Assembly (NCBI RefSeq): GCF_018977255.1
Contig: NW_024704742.1
Span: 45,448,001-45,512,000 of the forward strand
Direction: 5' to 3'
Source: Callorhinchus milii
Lineage: Eukaryota
DNA length: 64,000 nt
Shown here: one piece after another, positions 24,745 through 36,710 of the stretch
How positions within the stretch are numbered: position 1 is the stretch's first letter
Layout: each line of letters starts with the position of its first letter
The notes under the pieces: generated by a model
The model's database searches: none
The model's input: the letters and a program-made list of their open reading frames with translations, nothing else
What the model was told of the DNA's origin: nothing
Translations under genes and position numbers: made by a program

Positions 24745-25360
24745 ATTTTTATAGTACCTCACATGTTGGGAGGTGTCTCAAAGCTCCTCATACAGCTCAC
24801 TGGGTACCTGAGCTGGGGGAGGGTGGTGAGGGAGCCCAAGAAGGGCAAAGGAGAAAACAATGATTAAAAGCATGGTTAAAATTGGTCTTAGTGCAGACTC
24901 TAAAGGTAAGAAGAGAAGGGGGTGAGGGGGAGGACTCTGAGATGGAATTCCAGACAGCAGGGGCAGAAATATGGAAAGCTTGCTGACCAATAGTGGGGCG
25001 GATCGAGCCGTGCACATGAAACAGGCTGCTGTTAGCTGAGTGTAAGGAGCGGCCAGGACTGTAGGGTTGCAGGAGGTCACAGAGGTAAGGTGGGGTGAAA
25101 CACTGGAGGGATGTTAGGATGGGGGAATGAAGAGACAGTGGTTCTGAGTAAGGGGATGATAGGCTCATGGAGCCGGTTGCGAGACAGGACATGGGCTACA
25201 GGGTTGTGGATGGTCTACAGCTTCTTTCTATAGGGAGGAGCTGGAGAATCCACTGTGCAGGGCACTGTGATAATTGAAACCTGGACATGATTTAAGCAAA
25301 GGCTGAGGGTCTGAGACAGCTGGGGGAGAGGTAATGTTGGAGAGAGACAATCTTGTGGAA
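24745..25360 (-). mobile_element. L2 3' fragment
   Basis: PPYLCDLLQPYSPGRSLHSANS...RPTIGQQAF...VWNS. Confidence 0.85.
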
Positions 25361-26867
25361 CTGAGGGAAAGCAATAAATAGGATCTATGTCTTGAATTAG
25401 TCAATTAATTGATATGTTTAAAATCGAAAATTAGACATAGTTTTACTTCTTATTTTTTTCCAGAATTCACTGTATTGTGCACTTCCATTATTGAAGGATG
25501 TCTAAAGGAGAACAATGTACTCGATGTGTGATGGTGTGTGTTTGGTACTGTTAGTCAGGAGAATTCCTTTTGAAGATGTTTACACTTTAATAATTGTTGT
25601 AGAAACCTAAACTCCAACTGTGAAGAGATATTCCAGATTTGCACAACAAGGGGACAACATGCTAGGTAACTGTCGTGTCTCCCAATTGGAAATGAGACAT
25701 TCAAGTAATATTCGGTACATATATGCAAATGTCTAGATAAAGAGAAAATATTGAATTGTGACTAAATATGTGATTATTATATGAATATAAGAGTCGGATG
25801 TTTTAGAGAGTGTTATATCATGTGTATTATTATTTACGAATGTTCCTCTGAAATATTAGAATATCGTGGATGCATCACTCCTGTAATTGTCCTGAGTGCA
25901 CTAATCTCAGAGTGGTTTGGTTTCCTTAAACTGTAACAACAAGAAATATGAATAAGTGCCAAAAGGGAAATATGTCCCAAACTGTCCTTAATCAAAGCCT
26001 ATTTGTCTCTTATATTCTGGAAAGATGAGGTCAAAAAGGCCAAAGGGTTTCGTTATCAGAACTCTCTTGTGATCTTGTACCTGACACTGGTGAGTTTTCT
26101 GTTTACATCAGTGCTGCTGATCTATCAGTCTGTAACTGCAAAGGCAGTCTTCTGGGATCTCAGAGAATTCATTAAAACTAGAGGACAGAGAAACTGTCAG
26201 AGAAAGAAGATCAGAATTAGCAAAGGCAGGAAATAATAAGAAAATATTTTACATGAAATCAAAGAGAAATAATATATGAAGACAGAACCACTTTTAGAAT
26301 TCATTAGAATAGTAAAGAATAGGGATTGGAATAGTAAGCATGAGCAAACCATGATTCAGAGACTCAGTTCATTTTAGTTGCATCGATTCAAAACTTGTGC
26401 AAACCCACAAATGGAATTAATTCTATTTAAAACTCTTCCCATCTGTCAAACACTGGCTTTACAGTTAACCCAAGCAACATATTAAGTTATCTAAACTATG
26501 CAATGGGTCCTACTATTAACTCATTAGAGATCATTTAACTTTAGTTCACTCCCCCCAGAATGCAACAATTCTAACCACTGACAGTTTTTACTGTAGGTTC
26601 TGTGAGATATTAGCAATTATCTCTTCTCCGAACAGCCCAGTGAATGGTTTCTACTTATAAAATGTGTAAAGTAGTAATTGTTGCTCAAGTAATCTTAAAA
26701 GCTAACCACTCACAAAATGTTCAGGGTTTTAAAAAATATAATAATTGGAGGTAGTCAAACAGCAAAAATGCCATTATTATGGTTCATTTCTGCCAAATTC
26801 TGAATTAATTAAACAAAATCACTTTGGGATACACTCCAGACAATGACATGACTGATGCGACCTGTAT

Positions 26868-27075
26868 AACAACAACTTGCATTTACATAGCACCCTAGAG
26901 GTTAAGATATTAGAGTGATTCACAATGGCGGGCTTGGCCAAGAAAAAAATGGGAAGGTATCCATAGGCATGGTTCAAGAGATAGTTTTTAATGGGGATTT
27001 AAAGACAGAGAAGGGGCAAGGGGTGGTATAGAGACAGGCAGTTCCAGAGGTTGGGAGCATAGTGATTGAAGACTC
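26868..27075 (-). mobile_element. L2 3' end, diverged
   Basis: (AAC)n tail; GGCATGGTTCAAGAGATAG...GTTCCAGAGGTTGGG. Confidence 0.7.
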
Positions 27076-27854
27076 AGGTTGGGAAATATCCATAGCACCC
27101 AAAAGGTTTAATATTGTTCAATTTTCATACCCAGTCATAATCAATATGAAAGCAGAACATCAGTACTTGATTCCAAAGATTTATTACTGAATTTAAGAAG
27201 TGGAATAGACTGCTGCCGTACCACTGCGCAAAGACTGGAATAAGTTTCAGTCATGACACAAGCAATCAAACGGATAAGTGGAGAGACTTCAAAGGCAAAA
27301 GCATGCTACCATTTGTATTCCAAGTATGAAGTCAATTTCAAAATCTGATCTGTTGTTGGATTATGTGGGTGTTGGGTTAGTTTGGAATGAACCAAATCAA
27401 GGCTGATTTATTTCCCTGTCACATTTCATGAGTGAAAACAAGTGAAAGTGTTTGTAACTCATTTCCTTATTTTTCCCCCATCCCCTGTGATTGTGCTTCC
27501 AGTCAAGAACTTTAACCTTTATATGATTAGCTATTAAAATAGTTGAAAACCATAACATATTCTAGGTAGAAGTTTTACTTTTTTTTATTAAAGCAATTTG
27601 TCACAACAAACAGGCAAAGTATATTTCCCCCCTCCGTCGGACAATGCAGACAGAACATTTGATCAATATCTGTCGTGCTTAGTTCTAATCTGCACCCAGT
27701 TATCTAGTATACTGGGAAGAATACAAAACTTGAGCTACAGACAGCTCTCATAACTTGAAAAAGGGCTCCAAGCCTGGAAAAGATGTATAGCATAAACAGA
27801 AGTTTATTTGGGAGCAACAAATGCATTTTGTAGTAAACAGTAACACTGGTATTA

Positions 27855-28015
27855 GAATTACATAGAATGTTGCAGCATGGAAAAAAGGCCATTTGGCACA
27901 TCTAACCCATACCAGTGTTTGTACAGCCGAGCATATGAATCTTCACCTTCCTAATCTTGACTCATATAACCCTCTATTCCTCTTTCCCTCGGGTATGCCT
28001 TAAATGTGTCATTCC
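27855..28015 (-). mobile_element. CR1 3' terminal fragment
   Basis: CATAGAATG...GGCCATTTGGC...CATATAACCCTCTATTCCTCTTTCCCTC, antisense of 47890-48030. Confidence 0.7.
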
Positions 28016-28785
28016 TATTAATTAATATTTTGTTTAAAAATACGCCAGCTGGTGGCTCAATTATTCATTGATTTACAGATATGATTAAGACCTCCGCACT
28101 CACCACACCTCAAACCGTGCTAAAATTGCACACTGTGCATTGCATTCTTGGAAGCATAGTGCAGCTTTAGACCCTACCAACTAGTGCAACTAACAGTTTA
28201 ACTCAACAAAAATGTACAGACACGTAGCCCGCTCATTGCGACTGAATTGAAGAGTGTTGCAAATTTCTTGAAATTTAAGATGGTGGTGTTAAGGTTAATA
28301 CAATCAGGATTTCAGGCTTCAGTTAACAACTTTCGATAATAGAATTCCACGACAGAATCAACTGAACTAAATTCATTATTGGACTCTGTACCTTTCCCTA
28401 TTAGATAGTCTAATTTATGTCTAAAGAGATTTTAAAAAATAGATTTTGTGGCATTGACTGGATTTGCAAATTACTTCTGCCAACTCAGTCAGTTATATAA
28501 TTGTGTTGACAGGTCCCAGGAGTCTCTTGTTCTGCTGTTGTGCTCTGTCTACTAGTCTGCCATCTTGTATTTTATGGGGTCTTGTTGTATAAGTTAGCTT
28601 ATCTATTCCTGTCATTTTTTNCTGTCACCTCATTCTGTTACATAGTTTAGATTCATCGCCCTATCGTCTGATTTTGTCACCTCGATCTCTTTTGAGTTCT
28701 GTTGTCATATTTCTAGCATTGGTTGCTGTCACCTCCTTTTTTTAAAACAGGAACTTAGGAAAGTGCATACACAAAGCACTCTTGG

Positions 28786-28878
28786 AGATTCTTCAACAAA
28801 CTAAGGCATTGTTTAATTAAGCAAAGCAGCCAATTTGATTAGTGGTGTCCCACAAACAGCCGGGAATTGATTGAGTAT
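28786..28878 (-). repeat. Inverted duplicate of the SINE-B 3' segment 29260-29352
   Basis: 93-bp arms, 6 mismatches, inner 51 bp perfectly complementary. Confidence 0.92.
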
Positions 28879-28989
28879 AGGATAGAGAAAGAACGGTTTC
28901 AGTTTCAAATGATATTTCTCTCTGTCCATCAAATCTTTTTTGAAACTTCTTCCATTGCTTCTCTGGGCAACATATTTCCTCAATGCATA

Positions 28990-29352
28990 TCAGCCTTGAT
29001 AAATTAGCAGAACACTCACCTCTGGGTCAGAAGGTTGTGGATTCAAGCTCCATACTAGAGACTGTGGTCCCGCAAGCTAGGCTGACACCCTAGTGCAGTA
29101 GTGGCAAAGCGCTGCATTGTTAGAACTGCAATCCTTCAGATGGCGCGTTAAATTGAGATCATATCTACCTATTCAGGTGGACTTTAAACAAAGATGATAC
29201 TATTGGAAAAGTGAAGGAAGTTTTTCCCAGTATCCTGGCCAGCAATCTTTGAAAGTAAAATACTCAATCAATTCCCGGCTGTTTGTGGGACACCACTAAT
29301 CAAATTGGCTATTTTGTTTAACTAAACAATGCTTTAGTTGGTTGAAGAATCT
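28990..29352 (+). mobile_element. SINE-B (DeuSINE, SacSINE1-like)
   Basis: CACTCACCTCTGGGTCAGAAGGTTGTGGATTCAAG...CTAGGCTGACACCCTAGTGCAGTA...GCTGTTTGTGGGAC. Confidence 0.85.
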
Positions 29353-29999
29353 TGTGTGCTTAGTTGGATGAGCATTGGACATTGGTTGTGAATCCCATGT
29401 TGAGCCGTTCATCATTTTGAGACTGATAACAATGGGCAGTGTGTCAGGCAGTTGTGGTGTTTTGGTGTTTAACTGGCTCTGGGAGAAAAATCAGATAAGT
29501 CTCTAAGAATCCAAGGCAGACTTGAAGGTGTCAAACTAGTCCATAAGTGAAAGTTAAATTGAGTAGCATAAACATGTCCCATTCCAAGTACCATGCTATT
29601 TTGTTGGTAATTTATTTATCTAGAAAGAAAGAATCTGCATTTTCATAGCATTTTATGATGTCAATATAGCTGAAAGTGGTTTACAGTAATTACTACCATT
29701 AAATAATTTACGAGTAGATGCAGATGTTTATTCAGTAAGGGAAGCTTCATTGAGTTTAGGACGAGCATATATTTTGGACTTTTGTTGAGAAACTGCATTT
29801 AATTCCAACTTTTTCTTCTGGCAATTGTTAAAGTATTCAAATGCCCCAGTACTGTGATTCCTCACATCAGTAAATACAAAGTACATTCTGAATGAATATA
29901 ATTTTTTAAAAACTTTAGCAATTTCTAAATATTTCTCCTGTACTATAAGGTATGATAATAATTTATCAAGACTTTGTAATTAAGATGAATTCCATTCCC

Positions 30000-30250
30000 A
30001 CTTTGGACTTTGGGCTCATAGTGTAGGCTGATATTCCAATGCAGTACTGGGATTGTGCTGCATTTTCAGTGGTGCTATTCTTCGGATGAGACAAACACCA
30101 ACTTGCTTTTACATAGCACCGTTCATTTGGAGTTGAATCTTGGAGATCTGAACATTGGCAAAATTTGACACCAAGTTAGGGAGAAAGGGGAGGTGATCAC
30201 AGGTAAAAGAGGAAAGTCTTCAGGTGTGATTTGAAGACAGCTCAGAGGGG
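30000..30250. mobile_element. SINE-B fragment (+, 30000-30092) joined to an antisense L2 tail (30093-30250)
   Basis: GTAGGCTGATATTCCAATGCAGTACTG...CTTCGGATGAGAC then CAACTTGCTTTTACATAGCACC. Confidence 0.65.
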
Positions 30251-30319
30251 ACGTAATAGAGATGTGTAAAATTGTAAATGAGATTGGAAAAGCAAACAAA
30301 CACAGAACAATACTTTAGG

Positions 30320-30630
30320 ATGCACTGAGACAATGAAACAAGAGGGCATAGATCTATAGTTACAAAGGGCAATTTGAGTTCAGATACCGGAAAGTTTTTT
30401 TCTTTCTTGGAACAGATGGCCTAGAAGGTGGTTTGAGAGCAGGACATTGGACTCATTTGAAAACCAGTTTGATGTTTGGTAAGGATTAGATAAAATAAAA
30501 TGAAGGTCTTTCTTCATCAAAACCAATCTTGCGATAAACAGGTAGAGAGAAAATGCAGGCGATTAGGTCTAAATGAATGGCAATTTCAGAGAGCTTGCAA
30601 AGACACAATGGACTGTGTTATATATTTCTA
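30320..30630 (+). mobile_element. CR1 3' fragment, diverged
   Basis: ACAAGAGGGCAT (TRGH-like), GGTGGTTTGAGAGCAGGACATTG...TCATTTGAAAAC. Confidence 0.55.
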
Positions 30631-31109
30631 AGGTCTATTGATCTGGAATAGGGCATTAGAAGTGATTTCAACAACTCGGATCTTTTTGCAAGAGACCTTG
30701 AGATCCACGTGTAAATTGGCAAACCCTGTTTATTGTATTAATATTAATATTTGCAGCAAAAATCATCAATTTTTAATCAGCAAAGTCCTCTAAAATGAAA
30801 AAAGAAAAAGAAAGAGATTCCAGTCAAAATGTTTGATACTTATATAAATATGAGAAACAGCCCCATTTCTAGAGATACACAGCTGACAGTATTAATTATT
30901 CACAAGAGAGACCAGCTAAGAATTTTCATTCCAATTCATATCTGTGTTTTTCTTGTAATAATCTTGATTTCATTTATGTGTGGTAATCCTGACTCCCTCT
31001 TGAATTTTACCCATTGCACTCTGACTACAATTTCTGGTCTATAATTCCTTCTGCATACGTCATAGTTCTTCTTGATCTCTGACTCTGACAGAAATCTTTA
31101 TTACATTTG

Positions 31110-31375
31110 TGAATTCAATACTCCGCCACCACTTGCTCTAAACTCCGTATTCCCATCACACCAGTCCTCGGCAAACTTCACTGGCTCCCCATCACAGAAC
31201 GAATCAAATCACACTCATCGATAAATCCCTTCAGGTACTGGCACCTCTTTACTTCTCCGACTTGCTTACTCAGCACTCCATCACCCACCGCCTCCACTCG
31301 GCTGGCTCTAGCTTCCTGCTTGTCATTTATCCCCTCCCCTCCACCAGCAGTGGCCATGCTTTCAGCCACTACTCC
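31110..31375 (+). mobile_element. L2 ORF2 C-terminal fragment
   Basis: ITPVLGKLHWLPITERI motif. Confidence 0.8.
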
Positions 31376-31629
31376 CTGAAACTGAACCCCAATTGATTAA
31401 ATGGAAATGAGAAAATGAACTCTTGCTGCAGGATTTTATACAGGACACAGTTGTCTAAGGAATATGAGAATGCAAGTTGGTGGTGGTAAGTGGAACCCAG
31501 CAGTAACCTAAATCAGAGAAACAGCTATGTTTCTCTCTCTAGTAACAGAGATGAGAATCTGTTACAAAGGGTTTGGAAGCAAATATAATAATCTAATGCC
31601 ACGTTTACTTTTTAGAATTATACAAAGAT

Positions 31630-33228
31630 TCACGGTGTGAGAGAGGAGTGGGAGACAGATTCGAAGGTGTGGGGGGAGGGATGGGTAGGGGCTGGGGTGG
31701 GAGGGGGTAGTAGATGGAAGGGCAGAGGCAGCTGGGTAGATCCCCTTGACTTTGGATTCAAGGAAGTGCAGCATTGCCTCGCAGTTGGCATTGGAGGTGA
31801 GGATGGGTGAGGCTTGAGAGAGTGGGTGGAGGAACCAGTTGGTGATGGAAACGAGGAGTCTGGGGTTGTCCTTGGCCTCCAAGATTTAGCGGAGGCAAGG
31901 GTGGAGCGATAGGATTTGACAAGATGCACCAGATCTATCGATAGACCATTATGTTCGACTTAAGCCAGGTGCATTCAGGGGCATGTATTTGTGCTTTAAA
32001 AGAGCGGAGGTCACTGGTGTACCATGGTGACTTATGTGAGTAGGAGACGGTGCGGGAAGAGAGAGGAGCAAGGGAATCAAGAGCGGAGGAGAGGGAGCTG
32101 TGGAGAAGAGTGACCGAGTAGGATAGGTCATTGTGGGAGGAAGCCCAGAGGGGAAGGAGTTCAGATCAAGACAGCCGAGAGGGAGTGGGGGAGATTTTTT
32201 CCAGTAGAGATAGAAGATGGAGATGGTTTGGGTGGCGGTGGTGAGAGGGATTGAGGAGTTAAGGGAGATGAAGTGATGGTCCAAGATTGCTTTGTCGATG
32301 ATGGTGAGGTCTAAGATGGTGAGGCCCCGAGTGATCAATAGGTTAAGTGGGTGACCATGGACTTGGGTGGTGGAATGGATGTGGAGGGAGAGGTTGAGGG
32401 AAGAGATTAGGGAGGAGAAGTCAGTAGCGGTAGAGAAGGAGGGGGTGAATTGTTGGTTGAAGTTGCCCCGGATGAGGAGGCATTAGGAGCAGAGGGAGAG
32501 GGAAGATAGTAGGGCTTGGGGGGGCAATAGATAAAGAGAATGTTGAGGAAAAGGTTGATGGATTGATAAAGGATAAGGTGCTCCAAGGAGGGGAAGGTTC
32601 CATGGGAGTAAGGGGATAGGCGATAGGGGACTGGGAGATGAGAGCCACACCACTACCATGGCAGTTAGGTTGTGGGGTATGATGGAAGGTGTAGCCGGGT
32701 TGAGTGGCCTCTGTCAGGGAATAGGTGTCGCCTGGAGTGACCCAGGTTTTAGTGAGGGTGAGAATGTCGATGTTTTCTTTGAACATAAGGTCTTGGATGG
32801 TGAGTGTTTTATTGGAGACGGAGCCAATGTAGGCCAATGCGGAGGGGACAGTTGATGGCGGAATGTGGGAGGCGAGAGGTAGGAGGGAGGACTGATAGGG
32901 AGGGTGAGGATGTGGATGAGGGAGGAGAGGATGGCCCCTGTGGTCAGGGTCTGATGGGTCTTGCGGTGAGGATGGGGGATAGGGCAGTCAGAGTGGCTGC
33001 TGTTGGACAGCCAGTGGCATCTGCCACAGTGGACCCGATGGAGGATTTGCAGGCTGGAGCAGAGGGAGGCAGTGGGACGGTCAAGCAAGGATAGGAGTCT
33101 GGGAGGGTGGTGGGAGAAGAGGACCGAGTGGGAGTAATGGAGGGTAGAGGACACGAGTGGGAGCATTTTGGGGAAGCAGCTCGGGTCGGTGGCAGCGGCC
33201 AAAATGTGCACGCCGAGACTAAGAGCGA
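31630..33228 (-). mobile_element. L2 LINE 5' half: putative 5' UTR, ORF2 N-terminus and APE endonuclease (degenerate)
   Basis: NKTLTIQDLMFKENIDILTLTKTWVTPGD...GYTFHHTPQPNCHGSGVALI (APE motifs); ITRGL...ILDHHFI (SDH-like); homologous to 4080-4520 further 3'. Confidence 0.9.
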
Positions 33229-33417
33229 ATGGCGGGTGGGGGGGTGGGCAGGAAGGCATGGTTAGCTGGCGTGGATCATCATGGGGAGAGGGGATACTCT
33301 TATAGTCCCAATGAGTCGCTCTTAGTCTCGGCGTGCACATTTTGGCTGCTGCCACCGACCCGAGCTGCTTCCCCAAAATGCTCCCACTCGTGTCCTCTAC
33401 CCTCCATTACTCCCACT
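33127..33417. repeat. 102-bp inverted repeat (33127-33228 / 33316-33417), 87-bp spacer
   Basis: Arms are reverse complements with a single mismatch (GCGGCC vs GCAGCC). Confidence 0.96.
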
Positions 33418-33906
33418 TGATTTCAAGATCCTCATCCTCACCTACAAGGCCATTCACGGCCTTGCTCCCTCCTACCTCTCCAACCTACTATCCCCCTACC
33501 TACCTGCCCGTACCCTCCGTTCCTCTGGCTCCGGTCTGCTCCACGTCCCCCGCCCCAACCGCCCTACTATCGGTGGTCGGGCCTTCAGCCTCTCAGCCCC
33601 CAGGCTCTGGAACTCCATCCCCCAGTGCCTTCGCCGCTTCCTCCCTTTCCTCCTTCAAGGCCGGTCTCAAAACCTTTCTCTTTGACCGTGCCTTCAGCTC
33701 CCCTCTCGACTCTCTTCCTCCTCCTCGCTCCCTCCCTTCCCTCCCCTCACCCTGACCATTTCCCCCTTCCTCTCTCCCTCCCTTCCCTCCCCTCACCCTG
33801 ACCATTTCCCCCCTGCTCGGGTCATGACCCAACTGTGCAGCGCCTTGGGACGTCCTCCTGACGTGAAAGGCGCTCTATAAATGGAATCTTGTTGTTGTTG
33901 TTGTTG
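33316..33906 (+). mobile_element. Bipartite L2 derivative: 102 bp of L2 5' sequence fused to a young L2 3' end
   Basis: 5' part equals the start of the neighbouring minus-strand L2; 33417-33906 is nearly identical to 7131-7625; (GTT)n tail. Confidence 0.88.
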
Positions 33907-33994
33907 AGTCCAGGCTGAGAGATTCAAAGGTGGTGGATGGCAGGAGGAGGCAAGGTCCGAATTTGAAAAAAACAATAACCTCAAAATCCAAACT

Positions 33995-34160
33995 TTGGTC
34001 ACTCAATCCACAACTTTCTGTGGGACACTGCTGTGCGCAACTAGTTACCGCGTTTCACCTGCAAAATAAACAGTCAAATCACTTCACAGTATACTCTGTC
34101 AAGCGTTTGAAACGACATGATAAGGCGTTATATCAAATGCACATATTATTATTATTATTA
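33995..34160 (+). mobile_element. SINE-A 3' fragment
   Basis: TGTGGGACACTGCTGTGCGCAA...GCGTTATATCAAATGC(TTA)n. Confidence 0.85.
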
Positions 34161-34229
34161 TACCTTTGCGACAACAGCTCGTGAGTCAGTTTGCATATGC
34201 TTGGTTATTTTTTTGCTGCCAAAGGTGCT

Positions 34230-34760
34230 GCGACATTTGGTCACAATCTGTTCATTTCTGTAACTCTCTTCTAATACAAACACAAAATTTATATATTGGA
34301 CGTGGAAAATCCAATTGGGCAGTATGACTACCATCCTGCTGTTAGATTGTCCTTCATGTGATGAGTGCCTGGCAATGAACATATGGTCCAGCCGTAGGCT
34401 ATCCTTATCTCAATGATATTTCACTTGTGATGCCTGGGCTCCTTCACAAGTTGATCCACTGGAGCCCTGCCCTCAGCAGAACCTTGCTCCGATCTTACAT
34501 TCTGGTGCCAAATGATGCAACCACACAAATAAATATTTGAGAAACATTCTCAATCCGGTCATAAAAAACAAAAGAAGCTCCTTTCGATATACAAAGGCCG
34601 CTTGGCAGAGCTGTACATGTTTGACATGGTACATACTGGCAAGGAAATGTAAAGAATTAACCAAGTGCATAGATTGCTATCAATATTGGAGCAGGAACTC
34701 ATTCAACAGCAAGTCCTACATATGTTGTGTATTTCTGTGTGCCGACAGTGAATGACAATC
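34230..34760 (-). mobile_element. Ancient RTE-like LINE relic (post-RT region)
   Basis: Frameshifted MYSSAKRPLY (LYGSETWTLY-like), IWHQNV / KVLLRAGL (IxWxDxVxNxEVLxRAG-like), LRLDHM (LRWxGHV-like). Confidence 0.5.
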
Positions 34761-34909
34761 TCAGAATTCATAACTGTTATTCACATTGGTTTGGTACATA
34801 TTGAATCCTGTGGATAATCTTCTATGAGAGTATTTGTCCCTCTCTCCCCCACACCGCCCTCCCTTTCCTTCCCGAATCAGAAATTCCTACTGGCACTGGT
34901 TAGCATGAT

Positions 34910-35115
34910 ATATAATAATGACAATAATCCTTGCATTTGTAACGTCTTTGAGCAGTGAATTGACTGTATATCTTGTGGGCGAAAAACGGCAGCCAATTGA
35001 GCACAGCAAAGAGTCGTGGATTGAAGTGACCAATTTTTTTTTAAGGGATTATTATCCCTGGAAAAGTGATCCACCAATCGACTAACAACCAGGTTCCTAC
35101 TTACTGCTACATATA
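34910..35115 (-). mobile_element. SINE-A (long variant), 5'-truncated
   Basis: CAATCGACTAACAACCAGGTTCCTACTTACTGCTA antisense internal segment, Deu-like domain, tail. Confidence 0.8.
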
Positions 35116-36399
35116 AACTGATAAAGTTTCCCAGCGAGATTCAATATTGGTGACTCCTTTGCAAACTGAGTTTGAAACTCCCGCACTTTTCATCCTGATT
35201 GTTATTTTGAAACACAGTCATTCACAAATCAGTACCTAAGTGAGTGAACCGTTGCCTGCTGCTAATGGTTCCTGCACAGTTGCCAATCGAGTGCAAGCGA
35301 AATGTGAAAGATGTAAAAAGAAAATCAGTGAAGGTCCTCCAATGCATTATTCAACAACATATGGAGAAGCAGATAAATTATTAAACAGTCTAGTAGCCAA
35401 AGCAAGTTCAGTTTGTAAGAGCCTATTAATACAGATATTTGCAGGAATTCACTTCAGGGAACAGCAGAACGTATTGCCACCATATGCTTGCGTGCTTACA
35501 ATTTGATTGACTGAAACTACTGTTCATTTAAGTAATTGATGGAAATGAAGGACAATTTTAGTTTTTACACCAACATTAGTTATTTTCACTGATGTATTCC
35601 CTCATTGGTACAATTCTGCATTTTGTTTTTTGAATCACTGAAAATAATGATAGATCAAATTAACAGGGAAAACCGTGATTTATTATTGTACATTATTAAA
35701 CAGACAACTGAACAACCTAAGAGCACACGCCAGCTACTCTTTGCCATCTCCCCACTGGGCTGGTGTAACAATTCCTGATGGTCAAAGGTGACATTATTGT
35801 CGCCAGCGATTGTGAACAGATTGGGCAGCATGGACTGTGGCTGTTTTCAAAGGAACAATATGGAACCATTCTTGCATCTCGACTGGTTCAGACATTTTGC
35901 GGAGACTTAGTTTACTGAGCTTGAGCGCTCTGTGTGTATGTGTATGTAAGTCTGTAACCAAGCATGAACAATTTACTCTTTGTGAGACCATCTTGCCTGT
36001 TTGGTCACAATAGAATTGGACTCCACCGTGTTTGCATTATAATGCAGGCAGGACCAGTAACTATTTTCGGTTTGTGTGATTAATGGTTAATAATTTCCTA
36101 AAAACAAAGAGACAGAACAATGGGTCTGGTGGCATTATCGTAAAAGATACACCACAGATAAAGCTGAAATTCTGCAAAGTAGTCTCATAAAGAAGGCATG
36201 GCGAACAATATTTGGAGTAAGCTGAGCTGCCCATCTGCCAGTCTATCATGTGCCTGGAATGGCTTAAATTCATCTATGTTGTGAGTGAATTTTGCACAAA
36301 TTGTGCACAATACAATTGAAAATGCTGATACTGATTCAAGTGGCTTTCTGGCATGTTGATAGTATTTGAAATAAAGAGGAATATTCAATAGAATAGAGA

Positions 36400-36710
36400 G
36401 TGCTTGTCACAATGGAAATGGTGGTAGTTTTCTTGTTTCACTCTCGTGGATGAACTCAACATATTTTGTATGAATTGTGTTCATCCAGAATTTACATTGT
36501 TTTGTGTTGATGTTTCATGTTTTACATCACAATTTCATGCCTTAAAGAGGGAATTGCATTGCATGGACCAATACAGTTACAGTGACCATATTCTTCCAGT
36601 GGTTATTCTCGACATCCTCCCCTGGTGCATGCTTGTTTCTCCAGTAAAAAGTCTCAAGTTCTCCCTTCTCCAGAATTCTGTCATCTTGCATGGATTGCTA
36701 TGGTAGATCA
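36400..36710 (-). mobile_element. Possible RTE-like LINE C-terminal relic
   Basis: MQDDRILEKGEL resembles the RTE RMxDxRxPKxxLxGEL motif; weak. Confidence 0.3.

Noticed and set aside
26003..26100. Possible exon ending at CTG|GTGAGT
   Set aside because: No convincing acceptor and no recognisable product
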